The notes beneath the pieces are model-generated. The model searched no databases. It was not told the DNA's origin and worked only from the letters and a program-made list of their open reading frames with translations. Source: Thermoplasmatota archaeon (GTDB taxonomy: Archaea > Thermoplasmatota > Thermoplasmata > UBA10834). From it: 64,000 nt of DNA. Shown in pieces: positions 1-10,426 of this stretch. Each line of letters starts with the position of its first letter. Within the stretch, counting starts at the first letter, position 1. The position numbers and the translations under genes are program-made. The DNA lies in contig JBFMHR010000003.1 in assembly GCA_040751795.1 (NCBI GenBank), positions 160,001-224,000 of the forward strand, in the 5' to 3' direction.

Positions 1-2
1 GC

Positions 3-236
3 GAGGCCAGGGCCATCAAGGTGAAGGAGCAGTCCGACTTCAGGCTGTCCAGCCCGGCGTCGGGGGTGCGGAGGGCGGTCGTGCTAATGGAGACGCCCTC
101 GGAGGTGCAGGTGCTCGACCCGGACACCATGGCCCCCCTCGACCTGAGGAAGCCCCAGGGCTTCGTCCGGGGGCAGGAGCAGGCCCGCCTCGTCAAGACG
201 AGGCTCGGCGCGTACGTGCTCAGCGACAGTTGGTAA
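3..236 (+). CDS. Partial (5'-truncated) CDS, probably the C-terminus of an NMD3-family protein
   Basis: Open frame from the window edge; 'AVVLMETPSEVQVLDPDT' resembles the C-terminal OB-like part of archaeal NMD3. Confidence 0.45.
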   Translation, partial: EARAIKVKEQSDFRLSSPASGVRRAVVLMETPSEVQVLDPDTMAPLDLRKPQGFVRGQEQARLVKTRLGAYVLSDSW

Positions 237-261
237 TCGTACCTCGCCCGCCGGGTCCCAC

Positions 262-277
262 GAAAAGGCATTAATTC
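262..277 (+). promoter_or_regulatory. BRE/TATA-like promoter of the fumarate hydratase operon
   Basis: GAAAAGGC-ATTAATT about 35-45 nt upstream of ATG 311 in a very GC-rich context. Confidence 0.55.
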
Positions 278-310
278 TAACTCGGCCTACCCCGGACGGA
301 GGCCGCGACA

Positions 311-1183
311 ATGGTCGACGAGAAGGGTATTCAGGACGCTGTCGTCGAGCTGCTCCGCAGGACGGTCGTTAGGCTGCCCAAGGACGTCGAGGGCGCCATC
401 CGCAGGGCCTACGAGGCCGAGACGGACGAGGTCCCCAGGATGCAGCTCAAGGCGATCGTGGACAACATAGAGCTTGCCAAGAGGACCAACACCCCCATGT
501 GCCAGGACACGGGCGTGACGATATTCTACGTGAGCCTGCCCAGGGAGTGCAGGGCCGACGTGGAGAAGGGCATAGTCGACGGGGTCAGGCGCGCCACGAA
601 GGAGGTCCCGCTGAGGCCCAACGCCGTCCACCCGCTGACGAGGAAGAACCCGGGGGACAACGTGGGCGACCGGATGCCCTACATCAACTGGAAGGTCTGG
701 GACAAGGACCACATCGAGATCACGGTCATGACCAAGGGCGCGGGCTCCGAGAACATGAGCCAGCTCGCGATGCTCACCCCCAGCGCGGGGCTCAAGGGCA
801 TCAAGGAGTTCGTCCTGGGCACCGTGCTCAGGGCCGGGAGCAACCCCTGCCCGCCGACCATCATCGGCCTGGGCATAGGCGGCTCAGCCGACATATCCAT
901 GAAGCTGGCCAAGGAGGCCCTCCTGAGGCCCTTGGACGTCAGGAACAAGGACCCGGAGGTCGCCAAGCTGGAGACCGAGCTCCTCGAGGCGATGAACATG
1001 CTGGGCATAGGCCCGATGGGCCTCGGGGGCAAGACGACCATGCTCGGCCTCAACATAGAGTACGCCTACTGCCACACGGCCAGCCTGCCCGTCGCGATCA
1101 ACGTGCAGTGCTGGGCGGGGAGGAGGGGCACCGTCAGGATACACAGGGACGGGAAGCTCGAGTTCCCGACCCACGAGGGGTGA
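311..1183 (+). CDS. Class I fumarate hydratase / tartrate dehydratase alpha subunit
   Basis: Motifs PMCQDTG, KGAGSEN, GIGPMGLGG, HTASLPVA..QCW. Confidence 0.92.
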   Translation: MVDEKGIQDAVVELLRRTVVRLPKDVEGAIRRAYEAETDEVPRMQLKAIVDNIELAKRTNTPMCQDTGVTIFYVSLPRECRADVEKGIVDGVRRATKEVPLRPNAVHPLTRKNPGDNVGDRMPYINWKVWDKDHIEITVMTKGAGSENMSQLAMLTPSAGLKGIKEFVLGTVLRAGSNPCPPTIIGLGIGGSADISMKLAKEALLRPLDVRNKDPEVAKLETELLEAMNMLGIGPMGLGGKTTMLGLNIEYAYCHTASLPVAINVQCWAGRRGTVRIHRDGKLEFPTHEG

Positions 1184-1788
1184 TGACGATGGCCAAGAGG
1201 TTGAAGACACCGTTGTCGGAGGCCGACGCGAGGGCCCTGAAGGTCGGGGAGACCGTGTTCCTGGACGGGACCGTCTACACGGGCAGGGACGAGGTCCACA
1301 TACACGCCCTCGAGTACGCGGAGAAGGGGAAGAAGGTCCCGGTCGAATTCAAGGGCGCGGCCCTCTTCCACTGCGGGCCCATAATGAGGAAGGTGGGGGA
1401 GCAGTGGGAGGTCGTGGCGGCCGGCCCGACGACCTCGTCGAGGATGAACTCCCTCGAGCCGCAGTTCATAGAGAAGTTCAGGCCCGGCGCGATCATAGGC
1501 AAGGGCGGGATGTCCCAGCCGACCGTCGACGCCATGGAGAAGTTCGGGTGCGTCTACCTGGCCATAACCGGGGGCGCGGCCGTCCTCGCGGCCAAGGGGA
1601 TCAGGAAGGTCCACGGGGTCGAGTGGTACGAGCTCGGCATGCCCGAGGCGATTTGGATAATGGAGGCAGACAACTTCGGGCCGCTGACGGTCGCCATCGA
1701 CGCGCACGGCAACAGCCTGTTCGCGGACGTGGGGGCCAAGGTCAAGGAGAACGAGGCCAAGGTCCGCCAGAGGCTGGGCATCAAGTGA
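1183..1788 (+). CDS. Class I fumarate hydratase beta subunit (start 1183 or 1189)
   Basis: TGATG stop/start coupling; motifs YTGRD, HCGP, AGPTTSSRM, GKGGM, ELGMPEA, DAHGNSL. Confidence 0.92.
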   Translation: MTMAKRLKTPLSEADARALKVGETVFLDGTVYTGRDEVHIHALEYAEKGKKVPVEFKGAALFHCGPIMRKVGEQWEVVAAGPTTSSRMNSLEPQFIEKFRPGAIIGKGGMSQPTVDAMEKFGCVYLAITGGAAVLAAKGIRKVHGVEWYELGMPEAIWIMEADNFGPLTVAIDAHGNSLFADVGAKVKENEAKVRQRLGIK

Positions 1789-1798
1789 GGGGCCGCCC

Positions 1799-3397
1799 TC
1801 ACCTCTTCCTCTTTTCCTTCCTCCTGTCCCGCTCGCCGGGCCCCTCCTCGTCCTCCTGGGCCTCGTCCTGGTCGTACACCGCGGGCGCCTTGTCGGGCGC
1901 CTCGAAGGTCCTGATCCGGAGCATCACGGCCAGCGCGAGGATTATAATGGTGAGGAAGAGCGCGAGGATCATCATGGAGTGCGCCAGGTCGAAGCCGAAG
2001 ATGAAGCCCCCGAAGCTCTCGGGCACCGGCTCCATGACGACCTGGTCCAGGACGGCGCCCTCGGCGGGCACCGCTATCGGGCTCAGTTCGACGGGCTGGT
2101 ACCCGTCGAGGACGAACCTGACGGTGTAGTTGCCCTGGGTGAGCCCCGTCACCACGAACTGCCCGTCTATGTTGGTTATGGTGTTCCTCTGGGTCGCCAG
2201 GCCGACCACGGCGACGACGACCCCGGAGAGGGGCAGGTCGTCCCTGCCGGACAGGACCAGCCCGGATATGGACGGGCCAGGTACGATGGTCATGTTGATG
2301 TTGACCTGCACCTCGCTGCCCCTCGGGACCACCACCCCGACCACCGTCACCGGGGTGTACCCCTCGAGGGAGGCGGTGAGGCTGTAGGTGCCCGCGGTGA
2401 TGTTCTTGATCTCGTAGTAGCCCTCTATCGACGTGTTTGTCGACAGGTCCGTGCCGATGACCGTGATGAGGACCGACGGCACCAGGAAGGTCCCCGACCT
2501 CACGATGCCGTACAGCTTGGTCGGCTTCTCGACGAGGAGGAAGTCCACGCCCGAGGTCTCCGAGCCGTTCTGGACGACCACGCCGGGCACGGACGCCGGC
2601 TCGAAGCCGGTGAGCGACGCCGTCACGTTGTAAGTCCCCGACGGGACGTTGGGGATCCGGTACTCCCCGACGGAGTTGGAATAGGCCGTCATGGTGAGGG
2701 TGCCGACGGTCACGGAGACGGACACGAGGTAGAGGGGCTCCTCGGTGGCCGCGTGCCTCACCGTGCCGGATATGGCCCCGGTCTGGGCGACCAGGTCGAA
2801 GAAGAGCACCTCGAAGTAGTCCGCATCCAGGACGACGTTCTGGGGCTGGGGCGTGTCGTATCCGGGCGCCGAGGCGGTGACGACGAAGAGGACGCCCGCC
2901 GGGACGCCGTTGACGGTGCACACGCCCTCGGCGTCGGTCGTGTTGTGCCCGAGGGTGAGCACGGAGACGTTGGCCCCTGCCACCGGTCCGGACGCGTCGC
3001 TCACGACGCAGTAGATGATGCCGCCCGTTATCTCGAGGGCGACCTCCGTGGTGTTCCACGGGGAGACGACGACCTCGACGACCTCGGAGGGCCTGTACCC
3101 CGACTTCTCCGCCGTCACGTTGTACCGCGTCCAGTTGGCGTCGGTCGGCAGGCCGTCCAGCAGGACGTACCCTGTGGCGTTCGTGTGCTCGGAGATGCCC
3201 ATGCCCACGACCGAGACGTCCGCATCGGCGATGGGTCGGCCGACGTCGTCGGTCACGAGCACCAGGACCGCACCCGTGTCCTCCGTCTGCGCAGCGGCCC
3301 ATCCCGCGGGGTTCAGCAAGGCAGCTGCGGGCCCGAGCAGGGCCGTCAGGACGGTCAGCGCGGCCAACCAGGTCGAGAACATGCGAATCCTGGCCAT
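1799..3397 (-). CDS. Membrane-anchored surface protein with about 5 carboxypeptidase-regulatory-like beta-sandwich repeats
   Basis: Signal peptide; repeated T(N/D)xxGxY...GxYxVTAS.xGY modules; C-terminal TM helix and charged tail. Confidence 0.8.
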   Translation of the reverse strand: MARIRMFSTWLAALTVLTALLGPAAALLNPAGWAAAQTEDTGAVLVLVTDDVGRPIADADVSVVGMGISEHTNATGYVLLDGLPTDANWTRYNVTAEKSGYRPSEVVEVVVSPWNTTEVALEITGGIIYCVVSDASGPVAGANVSVLTLGHNTTDAEGVCTVNGVPAGVLFVVTASAPGYDTPQPQNVVLDADYFEVLFFDLVAQTGAISGTVRHAATEEPLYLVSVSVTVGTLTMTAYSNSVGEYRIPNVPSGTYNVTASLTGFEPASVPGVVVQNGSETSGVDFLLVEKPTKLYGIVRSGTFLVPSVLITVIGTDLSTNTSIEGYYEIKNITAGTYSLTASLEGYTPVTVVGVVVPRGSEVQVNINMTIVPGPSISGLVLSGRDDLPLSGVVVAVVGLATQRNTITNIDGQFVVTGLTQGNYTVRFVLDGYQPVELSPIAVPAEGAVLDQVVMEPVPESFGGFIFGFDLAHSMMILALFLTIIILALAVMLRIRTFEAPDKAPAVYDQDEAQEDEEGPGERDRRKEKRKR

Positions 3398-3533
3398 GTC
3401 AACTTCTCAGTCGGCAACAATCACCTCGTCTCGATAAATACGTTTGCCGTCCGGGGACTTCTTCCGCCTCCCCAGCTGGCAACGTATTAATACGGACACC
3501 TGATAACGAAGACGAATCGACGGACTGACTGAC

Positions 3534-6500
3534 ATGGTAGAGAGGGTATCTGACGGGATGGGCACCGAAGGGGTGCTGGGGCTCATGCACCCCCTCGTGG
3601 CCAAGTGGTTCAGGGCCAAGTTCGGCGGGGTCACCGAGGCCCAGGCCGTGGCGGTGCCCGTGATACACGCCCGCGAGAGCGTCCTCGTCTCCTCCCCGAC
3701 CGGCTCGGGGAAGACCCTCACCGCCTTCATGTCCATCATCAACGAGCTGGCCCTCCTGGACCAGAGGGGGGAGCTCGAGGACAGGATATACGCCGTCTAC
3801 GTCTCCCCGCTGAAGGCCCTCGCCAACGACATCAACGAGAACCTCCTCCGCCCGCTCGAGGAGATCTCCGCCGAGTTCGAGCGGGCGGGCTCCAGGCCAC
3901 CGGGCATAAGGGTGGCGGTGAGGACGGGGGACACCCTGCCCGCCGAGAGGCAGAGGCAGCTCCGCTCCCCCCCGCACATATTCATCACCACGCCCGAGTC
4001 CCTCTCGCTCGTCCTGAGCACCCCCGCGTTCAGCAAGAAGTTCGGGAAGGTGGAGTACGTGGTCGTGGACGAGGTCCACGAGGTCTGCGACTCCAAGCGC
4101 GGGGTGGCCCTCTCGGTGGCGCTCGAGCGCCTCCGGGGAATGTGCGGGAGGGACTTCGTCAGGATCGGCCTCTCCGCCACCGTCGCCCCGCTGGAGGAGG
4201 TCGCGGAGTTCCTGGCCGGGCTCGAGGGCGGGAGGCCGCGTCCGGTGAAGGTCGTCGAGATCTTCGGGCAGCGCGACCTCGACCTCAGGGTCCTCTGCCC
4301 CGCCGACGACATGACCGCCCTGTCGTTCGAGGTGGTCAACTCCAAGATGTACGACCATCTCAAGGAGATGGTCGACGGGCACCGGACGACCCTGGTGTTC
4401 ACCAACACCAGGAGCGGGACCGAGAGCGTCGTCTACAAGCTGCGGGAGCGGGGCCTGGAGGCCGTCGGCGCCCACCACGGCAGCCTGAGCAGGGACACGA
4501 GGCTGGAGGTGGAGGACCAGCTCAGGGGCGGGGCGTTGAGCGCCGTCGTCTCGTCGACGTCGCTCGAGCTCGGGATCGACATCGGCCACATCGACCTGGT
4601 CGTGCAGATCGGCTCCCCGAAGTCGGTCGCGAAGGGGCTCCAGCGCATAGGCCGCGCGGGGCACCAGTACGGGGGCACATCGAAGGGCCGGATACTGGTG
4701 TTCGAGAACGACGACCTGGTCGAGTGCGCGGTCCTCTGCAGGGCGGCCCACAGGAAGGCCATAGACAGGGTAACGATCCCCAGGGACTCCCTGGACGTCC
4801 TGGCGCAGGCGGTCGTGGGCATGTCGATCGAGCGCCAGTGGACCGTGGACCAGGCGTTCGAGCTCGTCACGCGGTCCTTCTGCTACAGGGACCTCCGGCG
4901 CGACCAGCTCCTGAGCGTCCTGAGGTACCTCGGCGGGAAGGACGAGTTCGAGGGCATCTACTCCAAGATATGGTACGACGAGGGGACCGGGACGTTCGGG
5001 AGGAGGCGCGGGTCCCGGATGATCTACTACCTCAACCAGGGCACGATACCAGAGGAGGCCGACTACAAGGTCTACTCGGAGAGGGGCGCCCCCCTGGGCT
5101 CCCTGTCCGAGAAGTTCGTGGAGCGCCTCTCGGCGGGCGACATATTCGTCCTCGGAGGGAGGAGCTACGAGTTCCTGAGGACGAAGGGGACCAAGGCCTT
5201 CGTCAAGGGCGCCAGCGGGCGCAGGCCGACGGTGCCCTCGTGGACCGGCGAGATGCTCCCGAGGAGCTTCGACCTCTCCGTGATGGTCGGCCGGTTCAGG
5301 AGGGAGATGGACGAGCGCCTCGGCCCCGTCCCGGAGGCCGAGATAGCGTCATGGCTCATGGAGGAGTTCAGCGTCGACGAGGGCTCGGCCAACACGATCA
5401 TCAGCTACTTCAAGGAGCAGAAGGCCGCGGCCACGATACCCACCGACGAGCGCCTGGTCATCGAGGGGTACGTCGACGCCTCGGGGGAGAGGCACGCGGT
5501 GTTCCACTTCCCCTTCGGGAGGAGGGTCAACGACGCCCTGAGCAGGGCCTACGCGCACGCTCTGTCGGGCAAGCTCAGGTGCAGCGTCAACGTGAGCGTC
5601 ACCGACGACTGCTTCATGCTCTCCGCGCCGAAGAGGTTCGAGCTCGGGGGGCTCGAGGGGCTCGTCCGCTCCGGGGACCTCGAGGGGATGCTCAGGTCCG
5701 CGGTCAAGGACTCGGAACTCTTCCACCAGCGGTTCAGGCACACCGCCACCAGGAGCTTCATGGTCCTCAGGAACTACAAGGGGCGGGAGCTCTCGGTCGC
5801 CAGGCAGCAGCTGAGGTCCAGGCGCCTCCTGGACGCGCTCCACGAGCTCTCCGACTTCCCGGTGATGGCCGAGACATACTCGGAGATACTGACGGACGTC
5901 ATGGACCTGGACAACGCACGGGCGGTGCTCCGGTCGATCGAGTCCGGCGACAGGCGGGTCGAGCACCTGCCGTTCTCGGGGGTGCCCTCCCCCATGGCCC
6001 ACAACGTCATACTCGTCGGCGTGTCGGACATCGTGCTGATGGAGGACCGGAGCATGCTGCTCCGGGAGATGCACAGGAAGGTGCTCGCGCGGGTGCTCGG
6101 CGAGGACGCGCTCTCGGAGTACCAGTTCGACCCGGACGAGGTGGCCGAGCACTTCAGGCGCAAATTCCCGACGGTCTCGTCCAAGCAGGACATCCTCCGG
6201 CTCCTCGGCGAGGCGGGGCCCATGAACCTGTTCAGGGAGAAGGGGGAGAACGTCTACGCCCACACCGACCGGCCGTTCGAGGAGGTCAGGGGATGGGCCT
6301 CCGAGCTCCTCCGCGAGGGGAAGGTCAGGTCGGTGTGGGTCGGGGAGGACGTCTACGCGGCCGCGGACATGTGGCCGACGTACCTGTGCCTCCATTCGAG
6401 GGCGCACCGGAGCTCGCCGCTCGAGAGGGCGGCGCTCGCCCTCCTGTCCAAGGGGGCGATGGACCAGGACGAGCTCGCGCGCTCCCTCTCCGTCAAGAGG

Positions 6501-8915
6501 GAGGACGCGAGGGAGGCGCTGAGACGGCTCGAGATCGCCAACATGGTCCACAGGTCGTCGGTGAAGGGGGAGAGGTTCTCCTACTCGGCCTCCCCGGAGG
6601 CCAGGCTCGACAGGGGCGAGTGCGCGAGGGCCGCGATCGTGAGGCACCTCGCCTTCCACGCCCCCCTCACCGTCGAGGAGCTGTCCTACGAGGTCGGCCT
6701 GCCCGAGCAGGAGGTCTCCGAGGCCCTGGGCCGGCTGGTCTCCGACGAGGCCGTCGTGTCCGGGCGGTTCGTGGTGGGGGAGCAGCAGCAGTACATCCTG
6801 GCGAAGGACTACATCAGGCTCAAGGCGGGGGACCGTCCGGCGCTCGACAGGGAGCAGGTCCGGTCGTACCTCGAGAGGAAGTCCTTCTCCGCGAGGCCGT
6901 CGGTCCGCGGGTACTTCGAGGCCGTCGGCGAGGCGGGGATGGCCTACGACGTCTTCCACCGCGTGAGCGGGTTCTCGATGGACGAGTTCAACGCGCTGAG
7001 GGCCAGCGGCGCGCTCCTCCTGGGCCGGTTCGCCAGGGGCCGCCTCCGGTACGTCCTCGCCGAGGACGCCCCGTACTACATCGGGGCCTTCCGGAGGGAG
7101 AGGCTCAACAGGTTCGAGGCGAGCATCCTGTCCGCCCTCAGGAGGATGGGGACAGGCACGTACCAGGAGGTCTCCGAGGCGGTCCGGTTCCCGCCTGACG
7201 CGATGCGGGAGCACTGGGACTCGCTGGACAGGAAGGGGCACGTCCTGAGGCTCCACGACGGGAGCGAGGCGTGGACCTCCCGGAACCTCTACGCCCCCTG
7301 CGACGTGGAGCCGGTGGAACAGGGCGCCCTGGAGCACGTCCTCGTGAGGTACCTCCGCGGCTCGGCGCCGGTCACGCTCTCGCAGGCGTCGTCGTACCTG
7401 GACGTCGGGCCGGACGTCGCGAAGAGACTCCTCGCTGCGGTCGGGGCGAGGCCGGCCTCGGTCGGCCTCGAGAGGACGGAGATGTACCTCCTCCCCGAGG
7501 ACATCGCCGGCGTCGAGGCCCCCTCCGGGCCGGACGACCAGGTCCGCATCCTGTCCCTCTACGACCCCTTCCTCAGCGACAAGTGGGCGGCGGTCACGGC
7601 CCGCTACGGCGAGGGCTGGATGTTCCCCGTCGTGCACAGGGGCCAGGTCGTGGGCACGGTCGAGAAGTGGCTCATGGCGGGGGCGGTCGAGGTGAGGGAC
7701 ATCGTCCTGGAGGACCGGGCCATGCTCGGCCCGCTGCTCGACGCCCTGGACCGCGCCATGGTGTTCTACGCGTCGCAGAACGCCGACGTCCTCAGGGTCA
7801 GGCGCGCCCTCGGGACCGACGCCGTCTCCCTCGACGGCGCCGACCTGGAGGCCTTCCTGTCGCGCGGCTACGTGGCCTCCAACGGGATGCTGGTCAAGGG
7901 GCCCGTCGTCCCCGAGTGCTTCGACAGGCCGGAGATCCTCGACACGGTGTTCTCCCTCCAGCACTTCGCCGAGGGGGACAGGCTCAGGGACATGGACGAG
8001 GTCCTCGACATGCTCGGCGGCCTCCGGCACGACGGCGAGGCGCTGGCCCGCGTGGAACGCTTCGAGCCGATAGAGAGGATGAGGAGGCGCGGCCACCTGG
8101 TCAGGGGGCACCTCGCGCCCGACAGGTCCGGCTTCTGCCGGCAGGAGGACGCGGCGGTCTACAGGGCCGCCAGGGCAGGGCCGAGGACCCCGGAGGAGAG
8201 GCTGATTCTGAGGGTCATCAAGGACCAGCAGCCCGTGACGAGGGGCAGGCTGCTGACGGTGTCGCCCCTCGGCCCGGAGGAGACCCTCAAGGCCGCGAAG
8301 TCCCTCTACCTCCGGTCGGAGGTGTTCCTCGACGCCTCCAACGCGTACCTGGGCGCGAAGCGCACCCGCATGGCCAGGCACGCCGCGTGGGACAGGGTGG
8401 TCCGGAGGATGTTCGGCGCCTTCGGGGTCATGACCGCGGAGACGCTGGCGTTCATGCTCAGCGGGGACCTCGTCATCCGGGAGGTGAGGGCGAGCCTCAG
8501 GCGACTGGAGTCGGAGGGCTTCCTGGTCAGGGGGCACCTCCTCCGCGGGTCCAACTCGGTCTACTGGGCGTCCAGGGAGGCGTACGGGAGGCTGGGCCGC
8601 GCCTCCGCCGCGGCGGACGTGGTCCTCTACCCCTGGGACAGCCTGACGACCTTCCTGAGGGCGGCGTACAGGGACGTCCTCCCGGAGACCGGGCGGTGCG
8701 CCGTGTTCTCCGGCTCCAGGCTGGTCGGCTCCTTCGAGGGCCACCTGAGGAAGGGCGGGCTCCACATCTCGGACGTCGTCGGCGAGGCGGGGTGCAGGGG
8801 GATAATCGAGGACCACGCCAGGCGGATGGGCCTGGCCCTCTCGGAGGACGGCGGGGGCTCGGTCTCGGAGTGGGAGATCATGGAGTTCTACCGGAAGACG
8901 CACCCCGGCGAGTGA
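3534..8915 (+). CDS. lhr: Long Lhr-family SF2 helicase (1793 aa) with extended winged-helix/AlkZ-like C-terminus
   Basis: SPTGSGKT, YVSPLKAL, TTPESL, DEVH, GLSAT, HHGSLS, SLELGIDIG, QRIGRAGH; about 900-aa extension after the core. Confidence 0.88.
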   Translation: MVERVSDGMGTEGVLGLMHPLVAKWFRAKFGGVTEAQAVAVPVIHARESVLVSSPTGSGKTLTAFMSIINELALLDQRGELEDRIYAVYVSPLKALANDINENLLRPLEEISAEFERAGSRPPGIRVAVRTGDTLPAERQRQLRSPPHIFITTPESLSLVLSTPAFSKKFGKVEYVVVDEVHEVCDSKRGVALSVALERLRGMCGRDFVRIGLSATVAPLEEVAEFLAGLEGGRPRPVKVVEIFGQRDLDLRVLCPADDMTALSFEVVNSKMYDHLKEMVDGHRTTLVFTNTRSGTESVVYKLRERGLEAVGAHHGSLSRDTRLEVEDQLRGGALSAVVSSTSLELGIDIGHIDLVVQIGSPKSVAKGLQRIGRAGHQYGGTSKGRILVFENDDLVECAVLCRAAHRKAIDRVTIPRDSLDVLAQAVVGMSIERQWTVDQAFELVTRSFCYRDLRRDQLLSVLRYLGGKDEFEGIYSKIWYDEGTGTFGRRRGSRMIYYLNQGTIPEEADYKVYSERGAPLGSLSEKFVERLSAGDIFVLGGRSYEFLRTKGTKAFVKGASGRRPTVPSWTGEMLPRSFDLSVMVGRFRREMDERLGPVPEAEIASWLMEEFSVDEGSANTIISYFKEQKAAATIPTDERLVIEGYVDASGERHAVFHFPFGRRVNDALSRAYAHALSGKLRCSVNVSVTDDCFMLSAPKRFELGGLEGLVRSGDLEGMLRSAVKDSELFHQRFRHTATRSFMVLRNYKGRELSVARQQLRSRRLLDALHELSDFPVMAETYSEILTDVMDLDNARAVLRSIESGDRRVEHLPFSGVPSPMAHNVILVGVSDIVLMEDRSMLLREMHRKVLARVLGEDALSEYQFDPDEVAEHFRRKFPTVSSKQDILRLLGEAGPMNLFREKGENVYAHTDRPFEEVRGWASELLREGKVRSVWVGEDVYAAADMWPTYLCLHSRAHRSSPLERAALALLSKGAMDQDELARSLSVKREDAREALRRLEIANMVHRSSVKGERFSYSASPEARLDRGECARAAIVRHLAFHAPLTVEELSYEVGLPEQEVSEALGRLVSDEAVVSGRFVVGEQQQYILAKDYIRLKAGDRPALDREQVRSYLERKSFSARPSVRGYFEAVGEAGMAYDVFHRVSGFSMDEFNALRASGALLLGRFARGRLRYVLAEDAPYYIGAFRRERLNRFEASILSALRRMGTGTYQEVSEAVRFPPDAMREHWDSLDRKGHVLRLHDGSEAWTSRNLYAPCDVEPVEQGALEHVLVRYLRGSAPVTLSQASSYLDVGPDVAKRLLAAVGARPASVGLERTEMYLLPEDIAGVEAPSGPDDQVRILSLYDPFLSDKWAAVTARYGEGWMFPVVHRGQVVGTVEKWLMAGAVEVRDIVLEDRAMLGPLLDALDRAMVFYASQNADVLRVRRALGTDAVSLDGADLEAFLSRGYVASNGMLVKGPVVPECFDRPEILDTVFSLQHFAEGDRLRDMDEVLDMLGGLRHDGEALARVERFEPIERMRRRGHLVRGHLAPDRSGFCRQEDAAVYRAARAGPRTPEERLILRVIKDQQPVTRGRLLTVSPLGPEETLKAAKSLYLRSEVFLDASNAYLGAKRTRMARHAAWDRVVRRMFGAFGVMTAETLAFMLSGDLVIREVRASLRRLESEGFLVRGHLLRGSNSVYWASREAYGRLGRASAAADVVLYPWDSLTTFLRAAYRDVLPETGRCAVFSGSRLVGSFEGHLRKGGLHISDVVGEAGCRGIIEDHARRMGLALSEDGGGSVSEWEIMEFYRKTHPGE

Positions 8916-9753
8916 ACGCGCAGCCGCCGCTCCTGGACAGGGTCCTCTCGTTGTAGTATAGGTACTCCTGCGCGTACCCGGCGTAGCCCCCGAACCGCCC
9001 CGTGGCGAACTCGCGGAGCCTGGCGTACGACCCCTTGACGCCGTAGAGCCGCAGGAGCGCACGCTGCATCCAGACGTCTATGGGGAACGCGCCGAGCCTC
9101 CCGAACCCGAAGAGGGAGACGCAGTCCGCGACCTTCTCCCCCACACCTGGCAGCTCCAGGAGGGCGTCCCTCAGCTCCTCGTCCGTCATCGCGCGCATGT
9201 CCGCGAGCCGCCCCTCGTCCACCTCCTGGCAGATCCCTGCCAGGTACTCCGCGCGGTACCCGAGTCCGCAGCGCCTCAGCTCGGCGACGGGCGCCTCCCT
9301 CATCCGCCCGATCGACGGGAAGGCGTGGACCCCGTCCGCTATCGGGTCGCCGTACCGCGAGGCCAGGTTCTCGATCATCCGCGAGATCCTGGGGACGTTC
9401 GCATAGGTGGCCAGGGCGTAGCTCGCGAGGCACTCCCACTCGTCCATCTTCACGATCCTGAGCCCGGCCACGGCCCCCGCTCCCCTTGCCATGACAGGGT
9501 CCCTCGACAGCACGGACTGAACCTCGGCTATGTCGTCCGCACCCCTCAGGTAGGTCGAGACCATCGCCCGCAGGTCCTTCCGCTTCGGGTCCCCGTCCGC
9601 GTGCAGCCAATGGCCGCTGGTCCGGAGGGTGACCAGGCAGCCGCCTATCGGGCCGCGCCAAGTCCCATCCGCGCCCCTCCTCCACCGGAAGGTCTGGCCG
9701 CAGCCCAGGGTCTGGTCCAGGTCGATCCGCGGTATCTTCAGTCTGGCGCTCAT
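8878..9753 (-). CDS. 8-oxoguanine DNA glycosylase (OGG1/AlkA-like HhH-GPD)
   Basis: LDQTLGCGQTFRW N-terminus; GLGYRA; LPGVGEKVADC; FPIDVW; AGYAQEYL. Confidence 0.88.
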   Translation of the reverse strand: MSARLKIPRIDLDQTLGCGQTFRWRRGADGTWRGPIGGCLVTLRTSGHWLHADGDPKRKDLRAMVSTYLRGADDIAEVQSVLSRDPVMARGAGAVAGLRIVKMDEWECLASYALATYANVPRISRMIENLASRYGDPIADGVHAFPSIGRMREAPVAELRRCGLGYRAEYLAGICQEVDEGRLADMRAMTDEELRDALLELPGVGEKVADCVSLFGFGRLGAFPIDVWMQRALLRLYGVKGSYARLREFATGRFGGYAGYAQEYLYYNERTLSRSGGCAFTRRGASSGRTP

Positions 9754-9769
9754 GCCTAGATGCTTCCCG

Positions 9770-10252
9770 TCATCTCTTGTAGCCGAACTTCCTCAGCATC
9801 GCCTTCCGGTCGGCGGCGTCCTCGGCACCCTCGACGCCCTTCGGTCTCTCGCCGTCTATGACGCCGACGATGCCCCTGCCCCTCTCGTTGTTGGCGACGA
9901 CCACGTCCAGCGGGTTGGCGGTGGCGCAGAACACGCAGCACACCTCCTGCACCGCCTTGACCCTGTCGAGTATGTTTATGGGGTAGGCGTCCTTGAGCAC
10001 GATCACGAAGGTGTGCCCCGCCCCGATCCTGGCGGCGTTGTCCTGGGCCGCCTTCTTCATCGCCTCGTCGTTGCCGTCGGTCCTGATAAGGCAGGGGCCG
10101 GAGGCCTCGCAGAAGGCGACTCCGAACTTGGCCTGCGGGACGGTCCCGACCACGGCCTCGTAGATGTCCTCGACGGTCTTGATGAAATGGCTCTGGCCGA
10201 TGACCACGTTGGCTCCCTCAGGGATTTCCACCCTGACCGATGATATCTCCAT
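9770..10252 (-). CDS. Adenosine-specific kinase / DUF355 family protein
   Basis: NVVIGQSHFIKTVED, FGVAFCEASG, GAGHTF, AYPIN, ATANP, GVIDG. Confidence 0.85.
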   Translation of the reverse strand: MEISSVRVEIPEGANVVIGQSHFIKTVEDIYEAVVGTVPQAKFGVAFCEASGPCLIRTDGNDEAMKKAAQDNAARIGAGHTFVIVLKDAYPINILDRVKAVQEVCCVFCATANPLDVVVANNERGRGIVGVIDGERPKGVEGAEDAADRKAMLRKFGYKR

Positions 10253-10426
10253 TCCGCGCCCCTGCCACAGCATCGCCTAACACCGGCAAATACGTTTCTC
10301 CGCCCTCTGGCTGGTCGGCGGTCCGGGGCGACCCCCGTCGTTATCATCGCCATCAATCAAAACGGTTAACTATTTATCCAGGCATATCGTAAACTGCGAG
10401 GAACACCTGAAGGAGGCCCTGCGAAA

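Noticed and set aside
3605-9062. Very long alternative-frame and antisense ORFs (e.g. 3605-7198, 5349-9062, 42675-46169, 35785-38037)
   Set aside because: Shadow ORFs of high-GC genes; R/G/P-rich or motif-less translations overlapping well-supported CDS
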